From Octopus sinensis (Eukaryota), in assembly GCF_006345805.1 (NCBI RefSeq), contig NC_043010.1:49910001-49974000 (forward strand): DNA of 64,000 nucleotides, written 5' to 3'. The notes beneath the pieces are model-generated. The model did not search any database, was not told where the DNA came from, and worked only from the letters and a program-made list of their open reading frames with translations. Positions within the stretch are counted from its first letter, which is position 1. Every line of letters begins with the position of its first letter. Both the position numbers and the translations under genes were made by a program. Shown piece by piece: positions 62,544 through 64,000 of this stretch.

Positions 62544-64000
62544 TAGCAGTATAACCTGGCCTGCCCAGGATTAAGTTACGATTATTAAGTTAATCAAGTT
62601 CTTTATTTCAAACCAAACTAAGTAATATCGACGTCAAATTGGGCAAAATCCGTTGAAATTGGTTATATTATATATATATATTATATATATATAATATAAT
62701 ATAATATAAATATATATGGGCAACAGACACGAACACACATGTACGTACGTACACCTATTGCATTGTTTTGTGCATGTTCATAAACAGAAATGAATGGGAA
62801 AATGTTGATAAATATGTAGATTAACACTCGCACGATTTTCACTAAGAAAAATAATTGTTTTTTTCTGCGTGGAATCAACTACTCTGGCCTCCTAATATGC
62901 TACAAAACCCTTTTTGTGGTCCGTGAAATGGAGTGGGTGTGGTGGAAACCTCGGAAATTGTACCCATTTGTATTGTGCAATTCACTGACAAATTGCTACT
63001 CACCTCTTTGTTTCTTTGTTGTTAAATAAATGGATTGTCAACAAAACACTTTTTTACTCGGCGTAAAATAAAAACAAAACTCTTTCGCACCCAAAGTAAT
63101 GTGTGTGAAGGAGAGGGGAAGAGAAAGATGAACGATTTAAAATAAATAAATGATTTAAAATAAATATATTGTGTGAGAAAGTATATATACTATGATTATA
63201 AAATATAGTGTCTTTCAAAAACATCCTGAATTTGAACACTATATCACGTGTTTAAGAAAAGATAAAACATTTTACATTTTATATTTTATGAACGTCGTCA
63301 CTTACTCTCTCTCTCTCTCACTTTGTCTTTCCGTGAAACTCTCTGCTTCTCTTCCACTTTTCTTTATCTTGTTTTTTTTTGTTAGACGCCGTCAGAAAGC
63401 TATGGCTGAAAAGAGATTTTTATAAACGTCGTCGTCACTTACTCTCTCTCTCCCTCTCTCACTTTGTCTTTCCAGTGAAACTCTCTGCCTCTCTTCTTCC
63501 ACTTTTCTTTATCTTGTTTTCTTTTTTGTTAGACGCCGTCAAAAAGCTATGGCTGAAAATAGATCTTTACCGCTAAAAGTTATGGCTGAAAATAGATTTT
63601 TACTGCTATCCGCGGGTGCTTCGGGAAAAAAATAAGTTGAAAAAACCCAGATAGGATGTTAACGAATGTCCTCCTAAAATTTAAGCGACATGTGTGCTAA
63701 TTTGTGGATGTGCATAAACTACAATCACGTACACACACACACACACACACATCTTGCCGTATATATATACAGATTATATAAATATATATGTATTCCCAAC
63801 CACATGGTTCTGGATTCAGTACTATTGCGGGACACCTTGGGCAAGTGTCTTCTGCTATAGACTCGGGCCGACCAAAGACTTGTGAGTATATCTGGTTGAC
63901 GTAAACCGTAAGAAGCCCGTCTTATATATGTATATATATAATTATAGTATATTCTGTTAAGAACATAGTAGAACACAGTATAAAGCTCGCTTGTCCACTT

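Noticed and set aside
1-64000. CRISPR arrays, rRNA, snRNA or prokaryotic operon-like systems
   Set aside because: Eukaryotic intron-containing DNA; no constant-repeat/unique-spacer array or recognisable rRNA/snRNA sequence was seen.

Overview
AT-rich, microsatellite- and retroposon-saturated animal genomic DNA. The repeat families point to an octopod cephalopod (Octopus sp.); this is inference from repeat content, not a database match. The only intact protein-coding gene I can support is a 4-coding-exon 3-beta-hydroxysteroid dehydrogenase (HSD3B)-family gene on the minus strand, join(10474..10324, 7582..7418, 5520..5305, 4071..3509), 364 aa, with canonical GT-AG introns and a candidate promoter / non-coding first exon near 15.3-15.9 kb. 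The rest is mobile-element debris: several tRNA-derived SINE families, LINE fragments (RTE, CR1/L2, R4-like, CRE-like), a decayed Penelope-like element (RT C-terminus plus GIY-YIG), mariner, pogo/Tigger and Merlin remnants, Helitron-like non-autonomous elements, fold-back MITEs and a possible solo LTR. The most notable signal is a set of minimal type I hammerhead ribozyme motifs from at least four sequence families. One sits in the 3' part of a tRNA-headed, Pol III-type SINE (24061-24310), and another is a three-copy family with a non-canonical CUGUYGA core. Together with the Penelope remnant, these suggest ribozyme-bearing non-autonomous retroelements that depend on Penelope. No activity is demonstrated; all ribozyme calls are from manual folding. 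Most ORFs in the supplied track are microsatellite or SINE artefacts.
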